From Epiperipatus broadwayi (lineage: Eukaryota; Animalia; Onychophora), in the NCBI GenBank assembly GCA_028023455.1, contig JAQFVV010000001.1:12400001-12464000 (forward strand): a DNA stretch of 64,000 nucleotides, given 5' to 3'. Within the stretch, counting starts at the first letter, position 1. Each line of letters opens with the position of its first letter. The notes below the pieces were generated by a model. The model was given only the letters and a program-made list of their open reading frames with translations. It did not search any database and had not been told where the DNA came from. Both the position numbers and the translations under genes were made by a program. Below are positions 27,327 through 39,040 of the stretch, in pieces.

Positions 27327-28468
27327 TTAAAACAATGACAAATTCTTCATACATTAGTGCCACCCGAGACAAACCATAGTAATAATCAATGGTTGCAAGA
27401 TGATTTGTGAATAAAATCCATATCTTGTGTCTACTTATCCAATATCCCCCCCCCCAGTTTCTAGCTTGTGGTTTTCATCAGTGAGAGCTTTATAACTGAG
27501 AACATTGTACCTAGATCTTAGAATCTAATGCAACCATCCAGCAGCTTTTTTTTTTTTTATCTTTTTAGTTAACTGTAAAGCTATGAGTCCAAAATGAAAA
27601 TAGAATGTTTTCCATCCAAGCTCTTTCACTTGTATACATTTTGGTGTCTTTGGTTTTTTAATAACCATAGTTATGATCATTTCATCAGCAGAAGTGGTAT
27701 TAAACCACTAAATATCATATGATCACCATTTCATATGCTTACACAAGCTATTAAAACTGTAACAAATTCTCCATACTGTAGGACCCCTCAGTGAAAGCCA
27801 CAGTAATCAATGGATGCAAGAAGGTTTGTGCATAAAATCCTTATTCCAGACTAGTTTCTAGCTTATGGCTTTCATCAGTGAGTAACCTTGCAAAGCCACA
27901 AGTTAGAAACTAGTTTGGGGATGGATGAATAGGTACTAGATAGGGATTTTATGTACAAACCTTCTTGCATCCATAGATTGCTATGGCTTGCACTTGTTAG
28001 TATTACTATATGGAAATTTTGTCATTGTTTTAACAGCTTCTGTAAGCATAGGAAATGGTGTTCATGTGATGTTTAATGGTTTAATACTATTTCTGCTGAT
28101 GGAATGATAGTGACTGGTTATTAAAGAAACAAAGAGACCAACATGTATATATACTGGACTGAATTCAGATCTGTATGATTATACAAGTGAATGAAATTGG
28201 ATTGAAAATATGTTTTCATTTTGGACTCTTAGCTTTATAGTTAACTAAAAAGGTAGCTACTGGATGTGGATGTAAGCATTAGGTCCTAAAATCTAGGTGT
28301 AGTGCTTCCAGATCCAAGGCTTTTCACTGATGAAAGTAACAAGCTAGAAACTAATCTGGGGATATTGGATGAGTAGGTATTAGTTAGGAATTTTATACAC
28401 AAACCTTGCATTTATTGATTGCCATGTCTTGCATAGGAAATAGTGATCATGTGATGCTTAGTTGTTTG
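27327..28468. repeat. Family A large fold-back: about 1.5 tandem ~430-bp units on + facing about 1.5 units on -
   Basis: + cores at ~27379 and ~27803. Turn at 27890/27891. - cores at ~27914 and ~28356. Linker ttttagttaactgtaaagctatgagtccaaaatgaaaa (27552) is mirrored by ttttcattttggactcttagctttatagttaactaaaa (~28213-28250). Confidence 0.85.
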
Positions 28469-30423
28469 TATTTTCTGTGTAACATATCACCACTTGCTGA
28501 AGCTCCTTTTCAAGTTTTCTATTTTAATTTTTTTTTCTTCCTCAACAAATTTTAGTTGCAATCAGTTTGTTTTGATAAATAGTACAAGTTAATATTGTGT
28601 TCTTTATTAACTGGAATACTTTCCAGACATATTAGGCACATTGATTTATTATTTCTTTTAAAATATAGGGTTTTTTATGGCAATTTTTTATTATCTTACT
28701 CTGTGTAGCCATCCTAATAAAAAAAGATAATTTAAATGTAAAATAATAATAAAAGCAAGTAAAATTTAAGTTTTATTTTTGTTAGTATATGTTCATCTGT
28801 GAAAATCACTACAAAATCAAACAAAATGCCATCAGCATAGATTAAATCCAGTCAGATATACCACACAGCATAGATAATTTGTTGGAATATTGCACTTCTG
28901 ATTAGAATGAAATAGAACTATTACAATGGTTGGAGAGCCAAAAAGATGTGGTTGAGAAAATATTTTATTCTATTTAACTCTTAATTAAATATTACACCAC
29001 ATGTTTAAGAAGTTTTTTTACAGGGCCAATACATTTTTGAAAAGAGGGTGGTGGGCAAGATTGAAAGCTTTCGAGGACCAAAGTTGACCTGTGGCCTAGA
29101 AGTTCTCCCACTCTTCAGTGTATGTTTTATATTCAATCAGTATGAAAAGATTAAATCTACTGAATTAATCAAGGAGTAGTTTCAGGAATCTGCCCATCTA
29201 TAAGCTCAACAATGACATCTAAAGCAATTGTGTACCATTCTAGAATTAGCAGTAAAAAAGATCCTTTTTATTAATTTTTGAAATATTTTTATATCTATTC
29301 ATATGCTAAAATATTGTGGTAATAATGAATTACGGTATCAAAATTTTTAATGCAGATATTAAAATAACTTACATGCAAGGATATCAAAGGTTATATGTAA
29401 AAATACACATATCTAGGTTTTTCTTGTGCATTTTCTTTATCTATTATTTATAAAAAAATTTCTCTATTTCTGATAAATGTAATTTATTGAGTTAAAATAA
29501 GAAGGAAAAAAAAAAGGAGATAATTAAATTGGATATTTAATTCAAAAAGAACAAAATAAAAATAAAAACTGATTTTCAAAACTTATTGTGAAATGGATTA
29601 TTAAAAAATAAGCTTCAAAGGTGCAAATCAGATACTAAATAATTGAGGACAAACTTAGAATCAAGAGAAGAGAAAGATGTACAAACAATATTTGAAGACT
29701 TCTTTGAAGCTAAACTAAGTTGTGAAGCAGAAATCCTATGATAAATCATACAGAATCTTACAATTTGATCATGAAAATATGTTTATTAGAAATGATAAAT
29801 TGTGTAATGCAGGACTTAGGCAATAGATTATGGAACTGGTTGTTAAAAGCTTTTTGGAAATTATTAATATTTGTTATAATTTTAGTAATACTTTTTTTTT
29901 GATATTTATATATATTAATCCTAAGTTGTCTGTATTCATTTTTCTATATTATATAACATTTGTTCATACTGAGGATATTCCAACTATAGAAATTTATATG
30001 AAAATATTAATAATGGCATGAATACATTTTGTTTTCTATATACACATAAACTACAATCTAATTTTAAAAATGAACCTAGAATTCCATAAGTGCACTCATT
30101 TATTATTGAAAATATATTTTGTCTGGTATATCAAATTCAATAACTTAGTAATATGAATTTATCTAAATACATAATAATTTGGGAATGAATATATAGTTGT
30201 AATACTTTGTGAGATACTCAATATTTGTCACATGGAAGGATATTATAAATGTTCATTGCAACTTTATTTTATGTTCAATTAAGATTATGTTTTGAAAATT
30301 GTGCATCAGTATAAAATGAGAAGAAAATAATTCTTGATGTATTGTAAATAAATATATAATTAACATCTTATCTGAATAATTTATGATTTTCATGTATATT
30401 TATCTTTAGCAACATACTTTTTT

Positions 30424-30592
30424 TGATCACTACTTGCTTATTATAAGCTTTAGCAATAATAGATACCAGATGATAGTGCTTAATAAATTTCTATCCTATA
30501 TTATCCTATCCAATATCCTTAAATTAGTTTCAAGATTAATGAGGAATGCTTGATTTTGGAAGTGCTCCTACATCTTTAGGATCTAATGCGCC
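30424..30592 (+). repeat. Degraded family A copy
   Basis: gatcactacttgctta..., atcctatccaatatcc, ttagtttc, ctacatctttaggatctaatgc. Confidence 0.5.
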
Positions 30593-31911
30593 TTTTTTCT
30601 GGCAGTCATCATTTACCTCTCTTTATACTGTCAAGCTGTGTTTTCAACTTTAACCAACTTGTTTATCTAGTCATATAGATCTGAACCAGTTCACTTTCAA
30701 TATATTATGGTGTCTTGTTTTTTAACCATTGTAGACACCTCTATCCTGTGGCCAGGATTTGGTATGTAATAAAATATTTGCTTTTTGTCTGTTTATGGGA
30801 ATAATAATTTGTAGTTTAGTTAGAAATTTTGTAAACATCTAAGTCCTTAAAATATAAATATTAAGCTAAATAGTTATTTTAATTATTTTCATTGATGCTT
30901 AAGAACTATATTTCTTTGTTTGTTACAAAATTAATTTTAATAACCATTTTATCCATTATTGCTCTTTGTATTTAATTTTAAGTATTTATTGGGCTATTGT
31001 TTACACTTGTAGTTTATTTTATTAAATTTATATTTTGATATTATCAAAAAGCATTCATATTTTTTTGTGTTCTGATTAATCTGATGTTCATGTTTTTTTC
31101 TAGAATTCTAAGTTCTGGGAATATTGTGTAGGTTTAGTGCAGATACATGATTTACAATCAGCCTTATATCATCTGTATATAAATAAAAGTGATAACAGTG
31201 AAGAGTTTGTATTTAACTATCAACTATCCTATTTGGAGATTCCTATGAATATTTTATTTACAAAAGATTTAATTTCCTGATGAAAGACCAGATTTATGAT
31301 AAGAGTTGTTTGCTATGTAAATGTTCAATCAATTACTTAAATTTGGCAGCTCTATATCTAGCAGCACTTAAAAAGCATCTGTGATACAAACATTTTGTTA
31401 TATCAAATTGACACTCAATTTGAAATGATATTGTTCTATTTGTTTGTTTCCATTAGTATAAATTGTGTAGAAAAATATATATACTGTATATTGAAACTTT
31501 TATAATGAGATATTGTCAGAGCACTTACAAGTTTTTATTTCATTAAAAAGAAAAGTATTTCAGACAAATGCTTGATTGACACTTTTTTAATAAAAAAGAA
31601 AAGAAAAGGTGAATTTGCTATTTTCTTGCTTACTGATGAGAATAATTACTGATAAGAGTGGGATGTTCTGAAATATTTGAGCTGGTAAAATTTACTTAAA
31701 AAGTGCGATGTTATCATTGAAAATTACATTAGCTAGATTTTTCATATCTTTATTCTTCACTTCCAGAAATTCACAATTATGAATTTTAGAAGACTATAAT
31801 TAAAAAAAAAATATTGTTGATATTTGCAATAAGGTTTGTAAATTAAATGAATGGCCAGTATATTTTCTTGACAGTTATTACATCATATAATATTCACTTC
31901 TTCAAAAACAT

Positions 31912-32207
31912 TCATCATCATCAACCATTATCAGTCCACTGCAGGATGAAGGTCTCTCCAAGTTCAATCCACCTTTTCCTATCTTTAGCTTCTCTTCTCC
32001 ACATCAGCCCAGCACACTTTCTTATTTATCCATCCATCTGACATGTGGTCTCTTTCTGGATCTTTTACAATCTCTTGGAATCCAGTTTAAAATTTCAATT
32101 GTCCATCTATTATCATCTCTTCTAACAATATGTCCAGCCGTACTCCACTTCAGTCTTTTAATTTTTTCAATGTCAGTAACACCGGTGTGTTCTCTTACCC
32201 ATACATT
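31912..32207 (-). mobile_element. RTE-clade LINE 3' end with (GAT)n tail
   Basis: Minus strand: WVREHTGVTDIEKIKRLKWSTAGHIVRRDDNRWTIEILNWIPRDCKRSRKRPHVRWMDK, followed by a TGATGATGA tail. Confidence 0.85.
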
Positions 32208-32608
32208 ATCAAAAACATTATCAAGTGTAAAATGCAGAGATAATTGTGTGCTTTACTATGAATATGTTGGTACTAAAAATAACATTTTTTAAAATGCCTG
32301 TGTCTTTTTTTTTTTTGGACTTTGATTAGTGTGAAAAGATCTTTGATACTTCTGATTCATGAAGCAGTGAAACTTTTTATCATTTTTTTGTTCTCATTTG
32401 TAATGATATAAAATTATATTTTTTGTAGATTTTTTGAGTACTTCCTCATTAAAAAACGTTTATAAAAAGTGTTGATTTTAGCGTTAGGCATAGTGTAATG
32501 TGTGCACCAATTTCTGCAATATAAAATCTATATCAATAAAAATTCAAATTCATAATGCTTATTAATTAGAAAATTGATATTATTAACATACATACATATA
32601 TAATTATT

Positions 32609-33567
32609 GGTAATCTTGACTGTTAGTGGCCCCAACATTTCGCCCTCTATTTTTAAAAAACTGAACTAAATTTTTTTCGTACTAAGTGTATCTAACTAGA
32701 AATGAACTATATCTAAGTATAAAAGTTAATAAAAAAGAATTTTAAAAAACTTGCATTTTTATGCGTAGTTTTGACTTGTGAAGTATATCTAATGGTCACA
32801 ACTGTATATATAACCATAAGTAAATAAATAAACTATATTAACTCAAAATATGTAGCACATTCTTCCCACCAAAAATGACACGTCTATTACCACTCGTGAG
32901 CAATAAAGTGAATTGGAAAATTATTCGCCCAGCAAAATGTTATATGAACAATGGTGTTCAAAGACAGATGGCTTCAGGAAAAAAATGAGCCACTTCTTAT
33001 TGATGTACGTTGGTGACACATTTTGCATTGCCATCTAAGCTGTCCAAATATTTTACCAGCGAACATTGAATATTGCATCGCAGACATGGCATACTATTCT
33101 TTGATAAATGCCTCCTGGCCAGCCACTTCATGGTCAATTCCGCAGTTTGAAATTGTTCTAGCAGGCGACGAGTATTCCATCTTTCTGCCAGAACAGCCGC
33201 AACATCTACTAAAGAAGTGATAGAAACTCTATCTGCCATTTTTGACACAGCAAAAATTACACGCGGCAAAAGTAGTTCATAATTTTGACAGCAGGGACTT
33301 CTTTGCATTTTATTTATTAATCTTCATGTAAAAAATACATTTATAGTTAGATATACTTTACAATTACATAGTAATAATAACATAGTTTGAACCACGGATC
33401 CATAAAAATGTGAAGTTCATTTTTTTATTATTATTAACCTTTATGTAAAAACCTTTATACTTAGATATAGCTTATTTCTAGTTAGATACACTTAGTATGA
33501 AAAAGAATTAGTTCAGTTTTTGAAAATAGAGGGCGAAATGTTGGGGCCGCTAACAGTCAAGATTACC
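32609..33567 (-). mobile_element. Merlin (IS1016-like) DNA transposon, internally deleted, with long TIRs and 9-bp TSD
   Basis: TIR GGTAATCTTGACTGTTAG(T/C)GGCCCCAACATTTCGCCCTCTATTTT at both ends, alignable for ~115 bp. Flanked by a perfect ataattatt duplication (32600-32608 and 33568-33576). Internal MADRV...WLARRHLSKNSMPCLRCNIQCSLVKYLDSLDG, then after a frameshift SIRSGSFFS*SHLSLNTIVHITFCWA, resembling the N-terminal zinc-ribbon region of Merlin transposases. No DDE domain is present. Confidence 0.8.
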
Positions 33568-34559
33568 ATAATTATTATAGAATAATGTGCATTAGAATTA
33601 ATATATTTGAAGGAGGAGGTGCTGAAAATATGTCAGTAGTCTGTAATTTACTTTTTTTAAAAGAAAAAATCTCCCAATTGTGAGAAGGCAGATAAACTGT
33701 TTCTTCATTCACTGGATTTTAAAAAATATCTAGCCTAAATGAACATTATTTTTTTTCATCTATATCATAAACATGGCATGAACTAGATTCTATATATATA
33801 GAAGTGTTCAACCAAAGTTATATGTGGGAGAGCAATTAAGTGCTATATGCATTATTTATTAAATCAAAAAATAAATTTTTGAATGTTTATTTTAATTTTA
33901 GAATTTATAAAACAAAATATCTATCACTAAAATCAAATCATTTTTATTAAATGCTTTTTAAATTAATATAGGGAGTTCTGGTATAACAAATCTTATAAAG
34001 CAAATACAATATAACTACACTTTTTTCTATTAAGACTTAAACAACAAATGCAAGTACATATAATGAAGTTTAGTAAATCAGATATCATTAACATATAAGT
34101 TATCAATTTAGTTTGCTGCTCTTGTTTTATTTCTAGTGGTGAAAATGTATAATTTTATTTTAAAGCATTCTCTTAGGTGTGTATTCTGTAATAATTTTAA
34201 CCAGATGCCATTAAAACTGAATTTGAAAGCTGATTAATATCAAAAAAGAAATAACTTTGAAGAAAATCTTCAGTAATGATAATAGTGTCAAACATGGAAT
34301 TGCTAAATTGGATGAATGCCATGAGCTGAAATAGCAAATGTTGCAAGCACTACTGGCAATTCAGATCCATGTGTGTAAGACCTTTGAATATCTCATCTTT
34401 ATGTATAGTATCAGACATCTTTATCACATTTTGTATGTATATTTACAATTAGGTTTTTTTCTGCAGTTTGTTCATCTAATATTGTACGAATATTAATTTT
34501 AATCTTGAGCTGGAAAAATTGAACCAAAAAATTGTTCATATTAAAGTGAAAATTAAATG

Positions 34560-34960
34560 ACATTTCTAGGAAAGAAACAGCTGTAAAATAATCAGTGATT
34601 TAAGTTGTAAATGTATTACAGCTTTTTAAAAAAATGACAAATTAAAAAGTGCACAGATAGTGTTTGGGATTTCCAGATTGAACAATTTGTTATAATATAG
34701 AATGAATGGAAGAAACATTCTGATGTGGATTGATCAAAAGCAAATGGTAGATGATAGCATTGTTGAGTTAATCATGTGAAAATGCCAAGCAATTGTTTGA
34801 GGAATATTTTGCCTAAACTTCTAGTGCAACTATTGTTTTAGTGGAGTTTAATGTCAGCAAAGTATAGTTCACCAGATTCAAGAAAAGAATTGGGTTGCAT
34901 TATCTTATGAGATATGAAACTCCTAGTATAGATAGAATTAATGCTGAACATTATCTTGCA
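34560..34960 (+). mobile_element. Tigger/pogo transposase N-terminal (CENP-B HTH) remnant
   Basis: ILMWIDQKQMVDDSIVELIM and EFNVSKV*FTRFKKRIGLH...ETPSIDRINAEHY resemble Tigger1 LLxWIxxKQxxGD and FKASRGWFxRFKKRxG. Confidence 0.7.
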
Positions 34961-37929
34961 TGAAAGGGAAGTTCCAAAATCAAGAACTATATTTTTATTA
35001 AGGCATGTAAATCTAACTATTGACTATGTTCAGCAATTTTATATGTATTTTCACATTTACATTTTGATTTATCCTACTTAAACAATTAATTTTGATGGTA
35101 ACTTTGGTCTAGACTTGGACCTGGAAAGAAATATTTGTAAATACATGTATTTCAGTGTAATCTGCAATAAACAGATGATATAATGAATTAACTATTGGAA
35201 CCAATTAATTCATTGTACCAGAGCTCCCCTTTTTTCTAAATAAATTAAAAATAATATATAGATCTTTTATCATTGCTGTAAAATAATTGTTTACAATGTT
35301 ATGACTTACTAAATAATTGATACTTTCATTTATCATAACAGATAAGAATTTGACTATAATCCTTCCAGTTGTTTTTTGTGCATAGCCTACTGCTTAGCTA
35401 TTTGTTATTGACATCTGTGACATGTTGGTCTTTTGCGATATTCTCTTTATTCTTTTTGTAAAAACTTCAAGATATTATTGAATTGTTGCTTTTCATTAGT
35501 GTTTTCGAAATAATCAATAATTTAAATCTCAGTGAAAGAATATTTTAGTTTGCCATACAATAAAAACTTTTTTTAGGAAATCTTGTTTTTTAAAATTCCT
35601 TCCATATGCTCATTGAAATGTTCCATTGTAATAATATGTTCAATAGCACATCAAGTAAGATAAATATACAATTTTGATGTAGTTGTATCATTATAATACA
35701 ATATTTATTTTTATCCAAATGTGAGCAAGTTGCAGTCATTTAATTTTTTATATTTGTATACTAAAGATAAATGAAAATATTATACAAAAGTGTATCAACT
35801 ATTGATGTAATAAAATCATATTGTTTTTCAGATCCCTAGATTACTTTCATTGTATCAGAAAGATCTAGTGATTATAATAAGGAAATACCTATATTCTTCA
35901 ATCCATACATCTTTTTTCAGTTATTGAATTTGTGCATTTCACGTTGATTTTATTATTCAGTCAAGCAAGGGTGCCATGTTTTCTTTTAATCAAGTCACTA
36001 GTAATACTATCATTGTTAGATAATTGGTAATTATTCTCTTTAATGAACCAAAATGAATTTCCTTACATCAGTAATATGACAAATTTGAAAATTCAAACAG
36101 ATAATTTTATATTTTAACAATTGTTTAAATTTAAGACAAACAAGTAGTTATTTCTTAGGAGTAAGTATAAAACTTACGTACTAATATGTTTGGGTTAGGA
36201 TCTTTTTTTTTTTTTTTTTTGCAACTATCATTGAACCTTTCAGTTAACTAGTCTTATCTGTTCAATGTTCTTTATATTTAATTTCCAGTAAAATATTGAC
36301 TTATGACAGAACCCATAAAATATTCTTGTTTGAGCATGGATGCCTTTGCTTAAGCAAACTGTTCACAATATTTAATCCACATTTTGTTCAAAACTTCAAT
36401 AACAATGACCCATTTGAATTTGTTGAATTAGTTTTATTTTCATTAATCTTGCACCATAGTTTACTGTTCATACCCATATGTTCTTTAAAGTCTCTCAGGA
36501 AAAAAAAAGTCATTGGTTTTGTTGCATTAACACTGACCAAACAACAATTATCTAATATTGGAAAATAAATAATGATAAAAGAGCAAAATATTATTGTTCT
36601 TAACAATTTTTAAACTGGGCATTATCAAGATATCAATTTAGAGATCACAGTGTGCATCATTTTTCTCATTCAATGATTTTTTTCCAATAAGATTTATAAT
36701 ATATATTTTAAAGTTTCTTCCTCTTTTGAAGATGAATATTAAAAGTAGCAAGTTTTTAACTACAAGTAATGTTCTAAGTTTAATTCCTGAACTCACATAT
36801 TTTATGTAATTATCATCAAACATGGCCACCTGGGTATTTTATGAGACAAGCCACATTTATAGAAGCAGGAAAATCTCTAAAAAGTCTGCAAACATTAAAT
36901 TCTTTGATAAATGCTACTTCTGTTCTAAATCGAATTCCAAAGTGATTAATGATTATATTGTTTCATGCAAGATTATTTAGACTTCCCATATTTTTCTCCA
37001 TTGCTTTCTCAGTACTGAAAATTTTGCGTAGGAGATTGTATAAACACAATATTGCATAGAAATAATTATGAACATGAAGGACTCATCATGTTTGCAAAGT
37101 CCTATATCTACTTTAATAAGTGACAGTTGCAAGGTAATAAGAAAATAGAGAATAAGAGAAAAACATGGAACTAATAAAAAAAGAGTGTATCATAAATAAA
37201 TGCAGTGTCTTTTGCATATTCACAGTTAATTTATATTTAAAAATCATTCCATTATTTGCCAATTGTGGATTTCTTTGGTGCCACAACTCAGCATTTAGCA
37301 TACTAATAAATAGTTGGGAATGGGAAAAACAAATTATATTTAATACAGTAATAGATTGATTGGTTCAAGAGTTAAAGATTTCTTCTGCTTAAATGTCACA
37401 AAATTTCTCAAATAATTAACTAATGAATTATTTATTTTTATTATACCAGAAGTGTTAATATTTTTTTAATTGTTAATGAACTATAGCCATGGGTTAAAAA
37501 TTCAGTGTGAGGATGGATCACAAATATACATATATATAATATATAATTTGAAATTGAGGTCACGTAAAATGTTGTATGCAATGCTGTGTAAATAAGAATG
37601 AAGAGCAGGAGATTAAAATATGATGGATAAAGAGAATTTAACAAAAATATTTTTTTTTAAATGGAAAAATGAAATTATTTGGATTCAATACTTTTAACCC
37701 AGAAAATTCAAGCTTCATTAAATTATATGTGATTGCCATATGTAATTTTTGTAATATGTTACAATGTATAACATTAACAAGAGTCAAATGAGATATGGTG
37801 ATCAAAGATTTTTTTCTTTTTTTTAATATTGTCAAACTTGTAATCTATCATAGAATAAAATTATTTTCTTCATTGTATTGTTACAAGAAAATCATCAAAA
37901 ATGTACAGAATTTTAATTCATTAGGCCAC

Positions 37930-39040
37930 TTTTACATATATTTAAATAAACCATACAGTAAAATATGAAATATCTTTATATAACAGCAATAATAATAATC
38001 ATACACAAAAGCTCTCTTAGGAAAATATTAATTTTTGCCCTTTTCAATGTGCTTGAACTATTTTAAAATTACAGTCTACATTATATATATATATCAACAT
38101 CTATCTTTTATATAAAATTAACAATAACCTATTAAAACAATACAATATTTTTAAAGGAAAAAAAGTCCCTATAGAAATATATATATATATCTGCCTTAAA
38201 AATATTGTATGTTTTAATAGGTTGTAGTTAATTTTATATATAAAAGATAGATCTTGCTATATATGCAATATAGATTTATTAATAAAGAAAAGAGAGTTAG
38301 AGAGATGGAGAACTAGTATGGAGAGTAAAAAGACTTTAAATATATATAGAAGTAAACAGAATATTAGGTGCGAGTTAATATATGATAATGGTAAGGAAAA
38401 TAGTTCATTATTTAAGGCTCGAACGGGATCTTTAGCAACAAGAGAATATACATGTAAATGGAAAAATATGGGTGATTTAGTCTGTAAATTGTGTAAGGAA
38501 GGAATAGAAAATTGGATGTAAATGCTTGAAAACAAAAAGGGTATATATAATGAAGTTAAGGAAGAATACATATGAAAAAAGTGATTATACAGAAAGTGGA
38601 TTATTGGTTTTTATGTTGGGTTTGGGAAAAGATAAAGGATTTAGATATAAAGGCCATAGAGTTGACAAATATGTTATGGAAATAGAATGGAGCAGAATAT
38701 GGAAAAACTTTATAGAGTGGGGAATGGAAAATAAAGTGGCTAACAGGTTTCTCTGGGCATAATTGCTGAGAGATTCTTGACTTCATTTAAGGAGAAGCCA
38801 CAGTACATCACATCACATTAATTTTAAAATAGTTCAAGCACATTGAAAAGGGCAAAAATTAATAATTGCAGAAAAGAGCTTTTATTTGTATGATGATGAT
38901 GATGATGATTATTATTATTATAATATATATATATATATTATTGCTGTTATATAAATATATTGTTATATTATAAAATATATTTATTGTTAGTTTGTTTTGG
39001 TAATACAGATATATCATTTTAAATATTTTATATTGTTTAG
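37930..39040. repeat. Nested fold-back: outer arms ~37930-38075 / ~38815-39040, inner arms ~38097-38152 / ~38196-38253
   Basis: ttaatttttgcccttttcaatgtgcttgaactattttaaaatt vs aattttaaaatagttcaagcacattgaaaagggcaaaaattaa. Inner pair: atctatctttttatataaaattaac...cctattaaaaca vs tgttttaatagg...gttaattttatatataaaagatagat. Confidence 0.8.
38250..38790 (+). mobile_element. Non-LTR retrotransposon ORF2 3' end (C-terminal zinc finger)
   Basis: IYDNGKENSSLFKARTGSLATREYTCKWKNMGDLVCKLCKEGIEN matches the YDNSxGSxLLFxARxGxL...CxxC..E pattern at the end of LINE ORF2. Confidence 0.65.

Noticed and set aside
29020-29112. GC-richer stretch resembling a Charlie/MER5-type MITE end
   Set aside because: Too degraded to define ends.
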